Origin: an uncultured virus (IMG/VR IMGVR_UViG_3300042328_000542)
Lineage: Duplodnaviria; Heunggongvirae; Uroviricota; Caudoviricetes
DNA: 20,000 nucleotides
Strand: one strand, 5' to 3'
Virus record (IMG/VR): IMGVR_UViG_3300042328_000542
Part shown: positions 1-7,680 of the stretch, in pieces
Position numbering within the stretch: position 1 is the stretch's first letter
Layout of the letters: the number at the start of each line of letters is the position of its first letter
Made by a program: the position numbers and the translations under genes
Notes under the pieces: model-generated
Databases searched by the model: none
The model's input: only the letters and a program-made list of their open reading frames with translations
Told to the model about the DNA's origin: nothing

Positions 1-1709
1 AGCAAACGGCTCAAAAAATGCGAGCAACAGGATCTGGAGTTGATGATACTAATGTATCGACAGTTAAAGATGCTGATAGAGGTAAAGATAACTCTATGTT
101 ATGGGATGTAGCGGAAGGAGTGGCAGCAGAACATGCTATGGAATGGGCTGGTAAAAAAATATGGAAAAAATCTCGATGGGGTAAAAAAGCCGCTAAGACT
201 GGTAGTACATTATCAATGACTGAAAAAATGGCAGATAGTGTTAAATCTACAGCTGCTCCAGTTGCAGAAGGTGGTGCAGAAGGTGGATCTAATATACTAA
301 AAAAGATGATGGGTAGTAAAGCTGGTAAATTTGTAACAGGAGCAGCAGTTGCATCTAATTTATATGATGTTGCTACGGGACAAAGTGAAAGTCCTGCGTT
401 AGACTTAGTTGAAACGGGATTAATGATGACTCCACATCCAGCTGCAAAAGCAGCTGGATTATCATTAGGATTAAGTAGAACTGCTAGTTCACAAATTCCA
501 CTATTAGATATCGTATATGGAAAAGATGGAGTTCGTGTGATTAAAAAATTACTACAATCTGGTGATATTGAAATGGGTTGGAACACTACATTGAATATCC
601 AAAATGCTGCTGGATGGAATAGTATTTCAAACCTACCATTAGCTGATATGAAACATTTGTATTATTCAGGTGCATTAAAATTTGCAGATAATTTAAGATT
701 GAAAAAAATCATAGAAGCTATTGAGAGTAATAAATCTAAAAAGATACCAGAAATATCAAAAGAAAAAGCTACAAGTTTCTGGAGTAGTGTTACAGATTCA
801 GAAAGCACTCAATTAGATATTGAAAACCCATCAATGAAAAAAGCACCTACATTATGGGAAGCTATTAAGTCTACAGCTAGTAATGTATTCTCTCCAAAAT
901 CTGAAGCTGAGAAAACTCAAATATCTAAAGAACGACCATCAACTAAAATTAAAGCATCATCAGAAGGTTCTAGTGAAAGAGAAAAGGCTGGAATGAATAT
1001 TTTAGTAGAACAAGGTTGGTCAAAAGAAGATGCAGCTGCTATTATGGGCAATCTAAGAGCTGAGAGTTCATTAGATCCCACAGCAATAGGAGATAGTGGT
1101 AAAGCTGTGGGTGTTGCACAATGGCATCCAGATAGACAAGCAACGTTTAAAAAAATCATGGGTAAAGATATTAAAGATTCTACATATGAAGATCAAGTGT
1201 TATTTGTTGATTGGGAATTAAAAAATACTCACAAAAAAGCAGGAGAAAAAATAAAAAGTGCTAAATCACTAGAGGAAAAAGCACAAGCTGTTGAAGGCTC
1301 ATATGAAATTACAGCTAGATCTCTAAAAGGTCAATATGAAGATAAACGAGCAAAAACTGCTGAACGATTAATGTCTATGGAGTTAGGTGGGGAAGAAGTT
1401 GCTAAGAAAGATTTAGCACCAACTGTTGAGAATGCATCTAAGATGAGCGAAAGTACATCAAATATGGCTTCTCCAATATTAGAAGAAAGACAATCTCTAG
1501 ATCAGGAATTAAAACAACCTAGTGAAGTTCGAGAAATACCACAAGCTATGAATCCGGTAGTTCCATCTGCACCAATAGTGGTAAAAACCCCAACGTCTGC
1601 TACAACAACGCAATCTAGAGATTCGACTCCGGTCGGTGGAATAATGAATGTTAGGAATGATGATCCACTAATATTAAATTTACAATACGGTATGATTCGA
1701 ACAGTATAA
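1..1709 (+). CDS. Virion baseplate hub/tape-measure-like protein with phage tail lysozyme domain (probably 5'-truncated)
   Basis: The frame is open from the window edge (caa acg gct caa aaa atg), so the start at 18 may be internal. Segment GWSKEDAAAIMGNLRAESSLDPTAIGDSGKAVGVAQWHPDRQ...QVLFVDWEL matches phage tail lysozyme (Phage_lysozyme2-type) motifs. Ala/Gly/Lys-rich N-part and Pro/Thr-rich tail resemble T4 gp29-like proteins. Confidence 0.7.
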   Translation, partial: QTAQKMRATGSGVDDTNVSTVKDADRGKDNSMLWDVAEGVAAEHAMEWAGKKIWKKSRWGKKAAKTGSTLSMTEKMADSVKSTAAPVAEGGAEGGSNILKKMMGSKAGKFVTGAAVASNLYDVATGQSESPALDLVETGLMMTPHPAAKAAGLSLGLSRTASSQIPLLDIVYGKDGVRVIKKLLQSGDIEMGWNTTLNIQNAAGWNSISNLPLADMKHLYYSGALKFADNLRLKKIIEAIESNKSKKIPEISKEKATSFWSSVTDSESTQLDIENPSMKKAPTLWEAIKSTASNVFSPKSEAEKTQISKERPSTKIKASSEGSSEREKAGMNILVEQGWSKEDAAAIMGNLRAESSLDPTAIGDSGKAVGVAQWHPDRQATFKKIMGKDIKDSTYEDQVLFVDWELKNTHKKAGEKIKSAKSLEEKAQAVEGSYEITARSLKGQYEDKRAKTAERLMSMELGGEEVAKKDLAPTVENASKMSESTSNMASPILEERQSLDQELKQPSEVREIPQAMNPVVPSAPIVVKTPTSATTTQSRDSTPVGGIMNVRNDDPLILNLQYGMIRTV

Positions 1710-1710
1710 C

Positions 1711-1744
1711 AAAAAAATGGAGGGGTTTTACCCCCTCCATTTTA
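1711..1744. terminator. Bidirectional rho-independent terminator
   Basis: AAAAAAATGGAGGGG-TTTTAC-CCCCTCCATTTT: a hairpin with A- and T-tracts on both sides, between convergent stops at 1709 and 1747. Confidence 0.85.
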
Positions 1745-1746
1745 AT

Positions 1747-2679
1747 TTAGTCACCAATAAGATTATTGAAATATGCTAAATCATCATCTTCTTCATCAAT
1801 AGTTCCCGCTGGAATTTTAATTGATTCTTTAGGTACTGATGTAACAGATTTCATAAATTGCTCATCTTCAACTTCATCTAAAGTTTTTGCTGTATAATCT
1901 TCGGCCGTTTTATATTTAGCTTGAGATGCAGTCAAACCTAAAACACGTTTCAATCTAGCATCTAATTCTGCATATGATTTGAAATTTTTAGGATCAACAA
2001 TTTCCAATAAAGAATATTCAGATTTCCAAACTTTCTCTAATTCAGCATCATCTTCAAATAATGGTGCTGGAGTATCAAATTCTGCTAAATCATAATTTTG
2101 ATATCCATCAACTTTACGAATTTTCAATTTGAAATTTGCACCCTCCCACAAATCAAATGGATCAACGGGTTTATCATCTTCAAACTGTGGATTCATGGCT
2201 TGAGTAATCTTTTCAAAGATTTTCTTACCATATGTGAATTTTAAAGTTTTACCTTCATTTTCTGGATGTTTTGAATCTTTTACAACATAGATGTTAGAAA
2301 CATAATGTAATCTACGTTTTTGTTTTCTAACTAACTCTTTATTAGATTCAATACCAGTTTCCCACAATTCGCTATTGTATTTTGAACATGGATCATCTTG
2401 ACCGATAGAGGTTAGTGATTTTTCAATATACCAACCACCTGGACCTTGAAATCCGTGGTCATAAAATTTTACCCATGGTAAACCATCAGCCTCTACGTCC
2501 TGTGGAGGTGTAGGAAGAAATCTAATAATAGCATAGCCATTTCCAGATTTATCTAATTCACATTTCCAAAATTCATCAGAATTATCTGATTGATTATTAT
2601 TACTTGCAGCAGCTTCTACTGCTTTAGATAATTTTGCTAAATTATTACCGCTACTTCTTTTTAATGAACTAAAATCCAT
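1747..2679 (-). CDS. gp32: Single-stranded DNA-binding protein (T4 gp32 family)
   Basis: Motifs DKSGNGYAIIRFLP, HGFQGPGGWYIE, YGKKIFEKI, PFDLWEGANFKLKIRKVDGYQNYD and an acidic C-tail. Start moved to MDFSSLKRSS (ATG at 2679, AGGTG SD) from the ORF-track start at 2805. Confidence 0.97.
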   Translation of the reverse strand: MDFSSLKRSSGNNLAKLSKAVEAAASNNNQSDNSDEFWKCELDKSGNGYAIIRFLPTPPQDVEADGLPWVKFYDHGFQGPGGWYIEKSLTSIGQDDPCSKYNSELWETGIESNKELVRKQKRRLHYVSNIYVVKDSKHPENEGKTLKFTYGKKIFEKITQAMNPQFEDDKPVDPFDLWEGANFKLKIRKVDGYQNYDLAEFDTPAPLFEDDAELEKVWKSEYSLLEIVDPKNFKSYAELDARLKRVLGLTASQAKYKTAEDYTAKTLDEVEDEQFMKSVTSVPKESIKIPAGTIDEEDDDLAYFNNLIGD

Positions 2680-2734
2680 ATAAACACCTATATAAACAAT
2701 TTTATTAACAAATGTATTAACAACGTATACACAA
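2679..2734 (-). promoter_or_regulatory. Periodic A/U-rich repeats in the gene 32 leader, candidate translational operator
   Basis: Plus-strand 9-mers TATAAACAC (2679), TATAAACAA (2691), TATTAACAA (2703), TATTAACAA (2715) and TATACACAA (2726), about 12 nt apart, running into the RBS and start codon. Confidence 0.5.
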
Positions 2735-2740
2735 CTTATT

Positions 2741-3337
2741 TCACCGAGTAATATTAACAATACTATTTTTAAGTATTGTTTTACATTTACTCTTATCATA
2801 CTCAATAAACGGCTTGTATTTAATCAATTTAGATTTAACACGCGGCCATATGAAATCATCTTTAATATCTTGTTCCCATTTGGGAATAAAATTTAAAAAC
2901 TCATTCATAATTATAACAGTTTCTAAAGAAACTTCATTTCTAAGCATTTTCGTTAATAATAACGGAAAATCATTAGAACTAGATTTAAATATCTGTTTGT
3001 GATCACTTTCACTAAAGATATTTAATAAATCATTTTCAAATATATAAGATATAGACTGAATCTTTTTATTATATTTAACATACAATTCGTAAGATTCTTG
3101 AGATAGTAAATCTTGAACCCACACATTTTCATTTTGAATGAAATTAGCAATTAAAAAATTTAATAAATTATTGCCAGAATACTTCTTATGTATCTTCTCA
3201 TAAACAAATTTATGTTTATTTTTTTCATATTGAGCTACCGAATAATTGATTCTACCATTATACTTAGAATAATCATAATCAGTAGTAAAATGTAATTTTA
3301 ATGCTCTGTATAAACAACATACATTGTATCCAGACAT
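2741..3337 (-). CDS. gp59: Loader of gp41 DNA helicase (T4 gp59 family)
   Basis: YRALKLHFTTDYDYSKYNGR N-terminus, FLIANF, VSLETVII and KLIKYKPF motifs; lies between gp33 and gp32 as in T4-like phages. Confidence 0.92.
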   Translation of the reverse strand: MSGYNVCCLYRALKLHFTTDYDYSKYNGRINYSVAQYEKNKHKFVYEKIHKKYSGNNLLNFLIANFIQNENVWVQDLLSQESYELYVKYNKKIQSISYIFENDLLNIFSESDHKQIFKSSSNDFPLLLTKMLRNEVSLETVIIMNEFLNFIPKWEQDIKDDFIWPRVKSKLIKYKPFIEYDKSKCKTILKNSIVNITR

Positions 3338-3373
3338 AATATCACCATAAACAAAATCTAATACTATACCAAA

Positions 3374-3598
3374 TTAAAATGTCAAGCGAGGATTTGCCTT
3401 AACTAACCTAAGAGCAATCGCTTCTTCTTCCATTTTAGATTTTAAAGCTGGAGAAATTAGAGATATGATTGAATCAATATCTAATTCTTGCTCATCACAA
3501 TAAGAAACTATTGCATCTATATACTCAATTTTACCAGAATTAACTTTATCAAAAATAACATTAGAAAATTCATACATCGCATCAAAATTATCCATCAC
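3374..3598 (-). CDS. gp33: Late transcription coactivator (T4 gp33 family)
   Basis: YIDAIVSYCDEQELDIDSIISLISPALKSKMEEEA signature; synteny with gp59 and gp32. Confidence 0.92.
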   Translation of the reverse strand: MMDNFDAMYEFSNVIFDKVNSGKIEYIDAIVSYCDEQELDIDSIISLISPALKSKMEEEAIALRLVKANPRLTF

Positions 3599-4092
3599 AC
3601 ACTCTTTCTATAATAAAAATTACTATGACCCAATCTAGCAACGAATTTAAAATCTTTACCAAACCCTCGCTTACTGTATATACTTCTAAAGAAAAGTACA
3701 TTATCATTAAAGTTGGGTAGTGATACTCTACGAGTTAAAATATCTTCAGATAATATTAAACTATCGTTCCATGGACCCACCTCAATTTTCTTAGATCTAC
3801 TACAGACCCAAGAAAATTGACATAGTTTTTTGCCATTGTTATACTCTACTTGATTTACAACACCGCAAATGGTTTTTGGATATTTCTGATGATTTTTTCT
3901 ATTTAAGACTACTTTAGCTACAGCTCGTTTACCGATCTCGGGTTCACCTTTTGCTTCATGATATATTGCTTTAGCTAAACATATTTTTTCAGATTGATTC
4001 GTTTGGGTATTTTTAGCGAAAGTTACTGTTGGAATTAACAGTAAAATTAAAAGAATAATAAATCTTTTCGCTCTGTTGACGTTCGAATACAT
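3595..4092 (-). CDS. Cell wall hydrolase, SleB/Hydrolase_2 family, with N-terminal signal or TM segment
   Basis: CLAKAIYHEAKGE, AVAKVVLNR, YPKTICGVV, CQFSW and GHSNFY motifs; hydrophobic FIILLILLLIPTVTFA. Start at 4092 follows an AGGAG SD. Confidence 0.9.
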   Translation of the reverse strand: MYSNVNRAKRFIILLILLLIPTVTFAKNTQTNQSEKICLAKAIYHEAKGEPEIGKRAVAKVVLNRKNHQKYPKTICGVVNQVEYNNGKKLCQFSWVCSRSKKIEVGPWNDSLILSEDILTRRVSLPNFNDNVLFFRSIYSKRGFGKDFKFVARLGHSNFYYRKSV

Positions 4093-4206
4093 CTTTCTTC
4101 TCCTGTTAGGACTCATACAACATGATTGAGTCGGTTCATTTGAAAGTAGGACTTTTTCTTAGGTTTTAAGAAGCTACTATCTTTTCAAAAATTAATACTA
4201 AACAAG

Positions 4207-4241
4207 TATTTAGTATACTACAAAAACACACTTTTGTCAAG
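4207..4241 (-). promoter_or_regulatory. Sigma70-type promoter with an overlapping late-promoter-like CTAAATA
   Basis: Minus strand TTGACA (4240-4235), 17 nt, TATACT (4217-4212); CTAAATA at 4213-4207. Confidence 0.7.
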
Positions 4242-4249
4242 ATTTAATA

Positions 4250-4588
4250 TTAGTTGGATAAGTATTTTACACCTAAATGCCAAATACCAACAAAGAAATC
4301 GTGTAATTTATTATCTTTTACAGAATTCTTAAAATTAGTATATTGGATATTATCCACCTCACGTAATACAAATAATTGTAATTCTTGTTGTGTTAAATAC
4401 ACTCGATACTCATAATCAGAATATGGATATTCAAATATAAGTTTTTCATTACCAAATGCTTGAATGAGATGAGATTTTTGTCTAGCTCGAACTGCAAAAA
4501 TCTCATCTAGTTTATTATCACCACTATCAGCATATCTAGGATCAACTTTAACAACACTAAAAAATCCATAATTTAAACATAACCACAT
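4250..4588 (-). CDS. Conserved phage hypothetical protein
   Basis: 112-aa ORF with AGGAG SD; the MWLCLNYGFFSVV...VRAR...SDYEYR...I.YTNFKNSV pattern recurs in phage hypotheticals. Confidence 0.75.
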   Translation of the reverse strand: MWLCLNYGFFSVVKVDPRYADSGDNKLDEIFAVRARQKSHLIQAFGNEKLIFEYPYSDYEYRVYLTQQELQLFVLREVDNIQYTNFKNSVKDNKLHDFFVGIWHLGVKYLSN

Positions 4589-4629
4589 AACATTAACTCC
4601 TAATAGATTGAGAGTTAATTATACACTAA

Positions 4630-5349
4630 TCATCGCGTTGCGTCAAGCATTTTTTTATGTCGTTCTAAAAAATTCTTATGTAAGTCTTCCCAATTATCCA
4701 ATCCAGAAGTTCTGAATGTGTGATGAACTGCATCTAAATCTAAATTTTTTAGTGTATTATGAACGTGTTTAACAACATGTGGGTTAGACATTGCTGCGTT
4801 GATAAATTTAGCACCTTCAGACATAGAGGGATCTCTTAACGAATCTTTCTCTCCAATATCAGTACCATATTCTTTATGTCCACCTTGCGCTCTAAAATTA
4901 AATGACCCACCTTGATCAGTTGATACTAAATGTCCATGTTTTTTATCTAAAGATACATTACCCTCACCGTAATCTATACCTGAACCCAAAGCATCCCAAT
5001 TTTTAGTAAGAACGCCAGCAGCATAAATTTTACCTAATTGAATATGATGATCATCAGTTAAATGTGGTAAATGTTTTGATGTGATAGGTTCAAGATTATG
5101 ATTAAACTTAGATGAAACTGAAGGTTTATCTCCATTAACATTTACCAATTTTGGATTTAATGTATTAATACCCATTAGTCCATGAAGTTTAGCAGATAAT
5201 ACTTCAGTCTTAGCTTGATCAGGATTGATAGGATGTTTAATATAATGATGCGATTCATCATCTGAATCTTTGTAAACGCCACCTGGATTACTACCTCTAG
5301 AACCAGATATTTTAACTAACTCTTCAGTTAATTGTTTAAATGTTTTCAT
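4630..5349 (-). CDS. Putative virion internal protein with HipA/PI3-4-kinase-like fold
   Basis: N-terminus MKTFKQLTEE; Gly-rich GSRGSNPGGVY, YIK (ATP-binding Lys), KTEVLS (helix C Glu), NWD...GN, and STDQG (DFG-equivalent). Confidence 0.65.
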   Translation of the reverse strand: MKTFKQLTEELVKISGSRGSNPGGVYKDSDDESHHYIKHPINPDQAKTEVLSAKLHGLMGINTLNPKLVNVNGDKPSVSSKFNHNLEPITSKHLPHLTDDHHIQLGKIYAAGVLTKNWDALGSGIDYGEGNVSLDKKHGHLVSTDQGGSFNFRAQGGHKEYGTDIGEKDSLRDPSMSEGAKFINAAMSNPHVVKHVHNTLKNLDLDAVHHTFRTSGLDNWEDLHKNFLERHKKMLDATR

Positions 5350-6200
5350 GTTTTAATAATCTCCGATTTTGGAATTCTACGAACATGGTGTACAGCATAA
5401 GTTAAATCGTCATCTTTATCATAATATTTTGTAGTACCCACATGCTCATAATGTTCATCTCTAGGCATCAATGTTTCTTGTTCAGAGGGAAATACACTAT
5501 GTGAACCAATAGCTGCAATTTTTTGACCAGGTTTAGTTTCAATATGTAAAATGTGTGCATGTGGTTCACCCGCTGACCGCGCATCTACGGCAAATCTTCT
5601 AGCAACACGAGTATTATGTGTACTCGAAATATATGTTGGTGATTGGAATACAGGATTTCCTGCAGCACTTTTACCAGCCTGGACAACATTTGCAGGATTA
5701 AATCCTATACCAGAGTAGGTATGTAAAGTTGTTTTTGATGGTGTAAACGATGAATCTAAACCTTCAACATCATGTTGACCAATCGTTTTAGGTACAGGTG
5801 TACCATTCTCTTTAGCAGTCAACAATCCTTTATTTAAATCTCTACTATAATTTGTATATTTGAGTAAATGTCTCTTGGCAGAATCTGTTAATGGATGGAG
5901 TTCATGCAAATGATCCATTTTAGTGTCATGAGTTTCTCCATTAAGATGTTCGCGATTTAGATTACTATTCAAAAACTCTGATATTGGTTTATGTTCAATA
6001 TCTTCGGTTATATCGGATTTAGCATGTGAACCATGCGAGTTAAATGCATACTGGGGTTTAAGTTGATCTTTAGAAGCTATATCGGGTTTAGCTTTAGCGT
6101 GTGAACCATGTGAATTAAACGCATACTGTGGTTTAACATTACTTGTAGTGTCATTACTGGATGTAACAGGATTTTTAATAAATTGTTTAAATGTTTTCAT
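5346..6200 (-). CDS. Putative ADP-ribosyltransferase (VIP2/Alt-like fold), virion internal protein, paralog 1
   Basis: N-terminus MKTFKQFI; YTNYSRDLNKGL, LHTYSG, YISST, ILHIE, and SEQETLMPR (E-x-E). Confidence 0.8.
   Translation of the reverse strand: MKTFKQFIKNPVTSSNDTTSNVKPQYAFNSHGSHAKAKPDIASKDQLKPQYAFNSHGSHAKSDITEDIEHKPISEFLNSNLNREHLNGETHDTKMDHLHELHPLTDSAKRHLLKYTNYSRDLNKGLLTAKENGTPVPKTIGQHDVEGLDSSFTPSKTTLHTYSGIGFNPANVVQAGKSAAGNPVFQSPTYISSTHNTRVARRFAVDARSAGEPHAHILHIETKPGQKIAAIGSHSVFPSEQETLMPRDEHYEHVGTTKYYDKDDDLTYAVHHVRRIPKSEIIKT
6018..6134 (-). repeat. Duplicated KPQYAFNSHGSHAK peptide, 25-aa period
   Basis: Residues 23-36 and 48-61 of ORF 5346..6200 are identical. Confidence 0.9.
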
Positions 6201-7018
6201 TTTTTGATAACTTGTGAAGGTGAAATACGTCTAACATGATGTACTATATATGGAGTAGTGCTGTTACCCATGTGCGTAGTTGAACCTATATATTCATAGT
6301 GTTCATCTCTAGGCATAGTAGTTTCTTGTTCATGTGAATATTTACTATGATCTCCAATCACACCAATACGTTGACCAGGTTCAGTTCTAATATGTAATAT
6401 ATGATAAGCATTTTCGCCATGATATGGTTTATTATCTTCAGCAAAACTAGATGCTGTTCCTTTATTATGTGATGTTGACAAATATGTAGGAGATTTAAAC
6501 ACTGGATTTCCAGATTCACTTTTTCCAATCATATCCAACTTACTAGGATTAAATCCTATACCAGAATACGTATGCAAAGTAGTTTTTGATGGTGTAAACG
6601 ATGAATCTAAACCTTCAACATCATGTCCACGAATAGATTTTGGAGGAAGAGTATTTGTATTATGTGCTCTTATTAAAGTTGCATTTAACCCAGAACTGCC
6701 CGAACTATAAGTTTGTAGATGCGACTTTGAATGTTCATCTAATGGATGCAATTCATGCAGCTTATCCATTATAGAATCATTGTTATCGCCAAGATGTTCA
6801 TTCTCATTAGAATTCCAGAAATCGGATTTATCAGATTCTGTAATTTCAACAACATATGGATTATGTTTAGCATGAGTTCCATGTGCATTAAATGCAACTT
6901 TTGGTGATTTAGATTGCATTCGACTTGAATCTAAATCGTGTTTAGCATGAGTTCCATGTGCGTTAAATGCAACCTTTGGCGGCTGAACATCTCTGACATA
7001 TTCTTTAAATCTTTTCAT
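6197..7018 (-). CDS. Putative ADP-ribosyltransferase (VIP2/Alt-like fold), virion internal protein, paralog 2
   Basis: N-terminus MKRFKEYV; YSSGSSGLNATL, LHTYSG, YLSTS, ILHIR, HEQETTMPR; clear paralog of 5346..6200. Confidence 0.8.
   Translation of the reverse strand: MKRFKEYVRDVQPPKVAFNAHGTHAKHDLDSSRMQSKSPKVAFNAHGTHAKHNPYVVEITESDKSDFWNSNENEHLGDNNDSIMDKLHELHPLDEHSKSHLQTYSSGSSGLNATLIRAHNTNTLPPKSIRGHDVEGLDSSFTPSKTTLHTYSGIGFNPSKLDMIGKSESGNPVFKSPTYLSTSHNKGTASSFAEDNKPYHGENAYHILHIRTEPGQRIGVIGDHSKYSHEQETTMPRDEHYEYIGSTTHMGNSTTPYIVHHVRRISPSQVIKK
6863..6979 (-). repeat. Duplicated PKVAFNAHGTHAKH peptide, 25-aa period
   Basis: Residues 14-27 and 39-52 of ORF 6197..7018 are identical. Confidence 0.9.
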
Positions 7019-7030
7019 TTATAATGTTCC

Positions 7031-7678
7031 TTATAATTGATCGAACGCACGTTTACGTTCAATTAAATCTTTGATATACGGTCTGATTGGTTTAACGAAA
7101 AATTGGGGTTTATCATTTTCTACAGCTATAATAATCACAACTTGGTGGACTTTAATTCCAGTTATTTCCATATAAGCTAAAGCGTAAAAACATGTTTGTA
7201 GAAAATAATCATGAATATCATCTTCACGTTTTAATCTACGGGAATTCTTAAAATCTATAACAGATAACACACTATCAAACTCAGCAACACAATCAACACT
7301 ACCAGCAACTTGTAACTTTTCACTGTATAAACATGCTTCCTGAGCATTGATGTTATTAATCCTATTGAGAATCGGTCTCAAGGAATAAAACATCTCAAGT
7401 GCATCTGGCATTTTAACAGATAACGATTTATTATTCAGATAATCTTCACACATTTTATGTAAATTAGTTCCTCGTCCAGCAGAATTAGCAGTAATTTTAT
7501 CGGCTGCATCATGGCCAATACGATCTCGCCATTCTTTTAGATAAGTTTTATCTGATGTAGAACCCAAGACAGTGGTTATAGATGGAAAGTGTTGATGACC
7601 TATTTGGTAATAACGCTTTCCATCAATATTCACTCTTGGATAAGTTACAAGTTCAACGGGTACATGATTAAAATTCAT
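7031..7678 (-). CDS. PD-(D/E)XK exonuclease (T4-like cyanophage-type, Cas4-like fold)
   Basis: FPSITTVL, WRDRIG, RGTNLH, AGSVDCVAE, VIDFKNS and YFLQ...Y motifs; usual neighbour of phoH in T4-like phages. Confidence 0.9.
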   Translation of the reverse strand: MNFNHVPVELVTYPRVNIDGKRYYQIGHQHFPSITTVLGSTSDKTYLKEWRDRIGHDAADKITANSAGRGTNLHKMCEDYLNNKSLSVKMPDALEMFYSLRPILNRINNINAQEACLYSEKLQVAGSVDCVAEFDSVLSVIDFKNSRRLKREDDIHDYFLQTCFYALAYMEITGIKVHQVVIIIAVENDKPQFFVKPIRPYIKDLIERKRAFDQL

Positions 7679-7680
7679 TT

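Noticed and set aside
11..1159. Minus-strand ORFs 11..586 and 917..1159
   Set aside because: Antisense shadows of the lysozyme-domain gene with no recognisable motifs.
2680..2805. Hydrophobic 42-aa N-terminal extension of gp32
   Set aside because: It overlaps gp59 and the repeat leader; the family-typical start MDFSSLKRS with an SD is at 2679.
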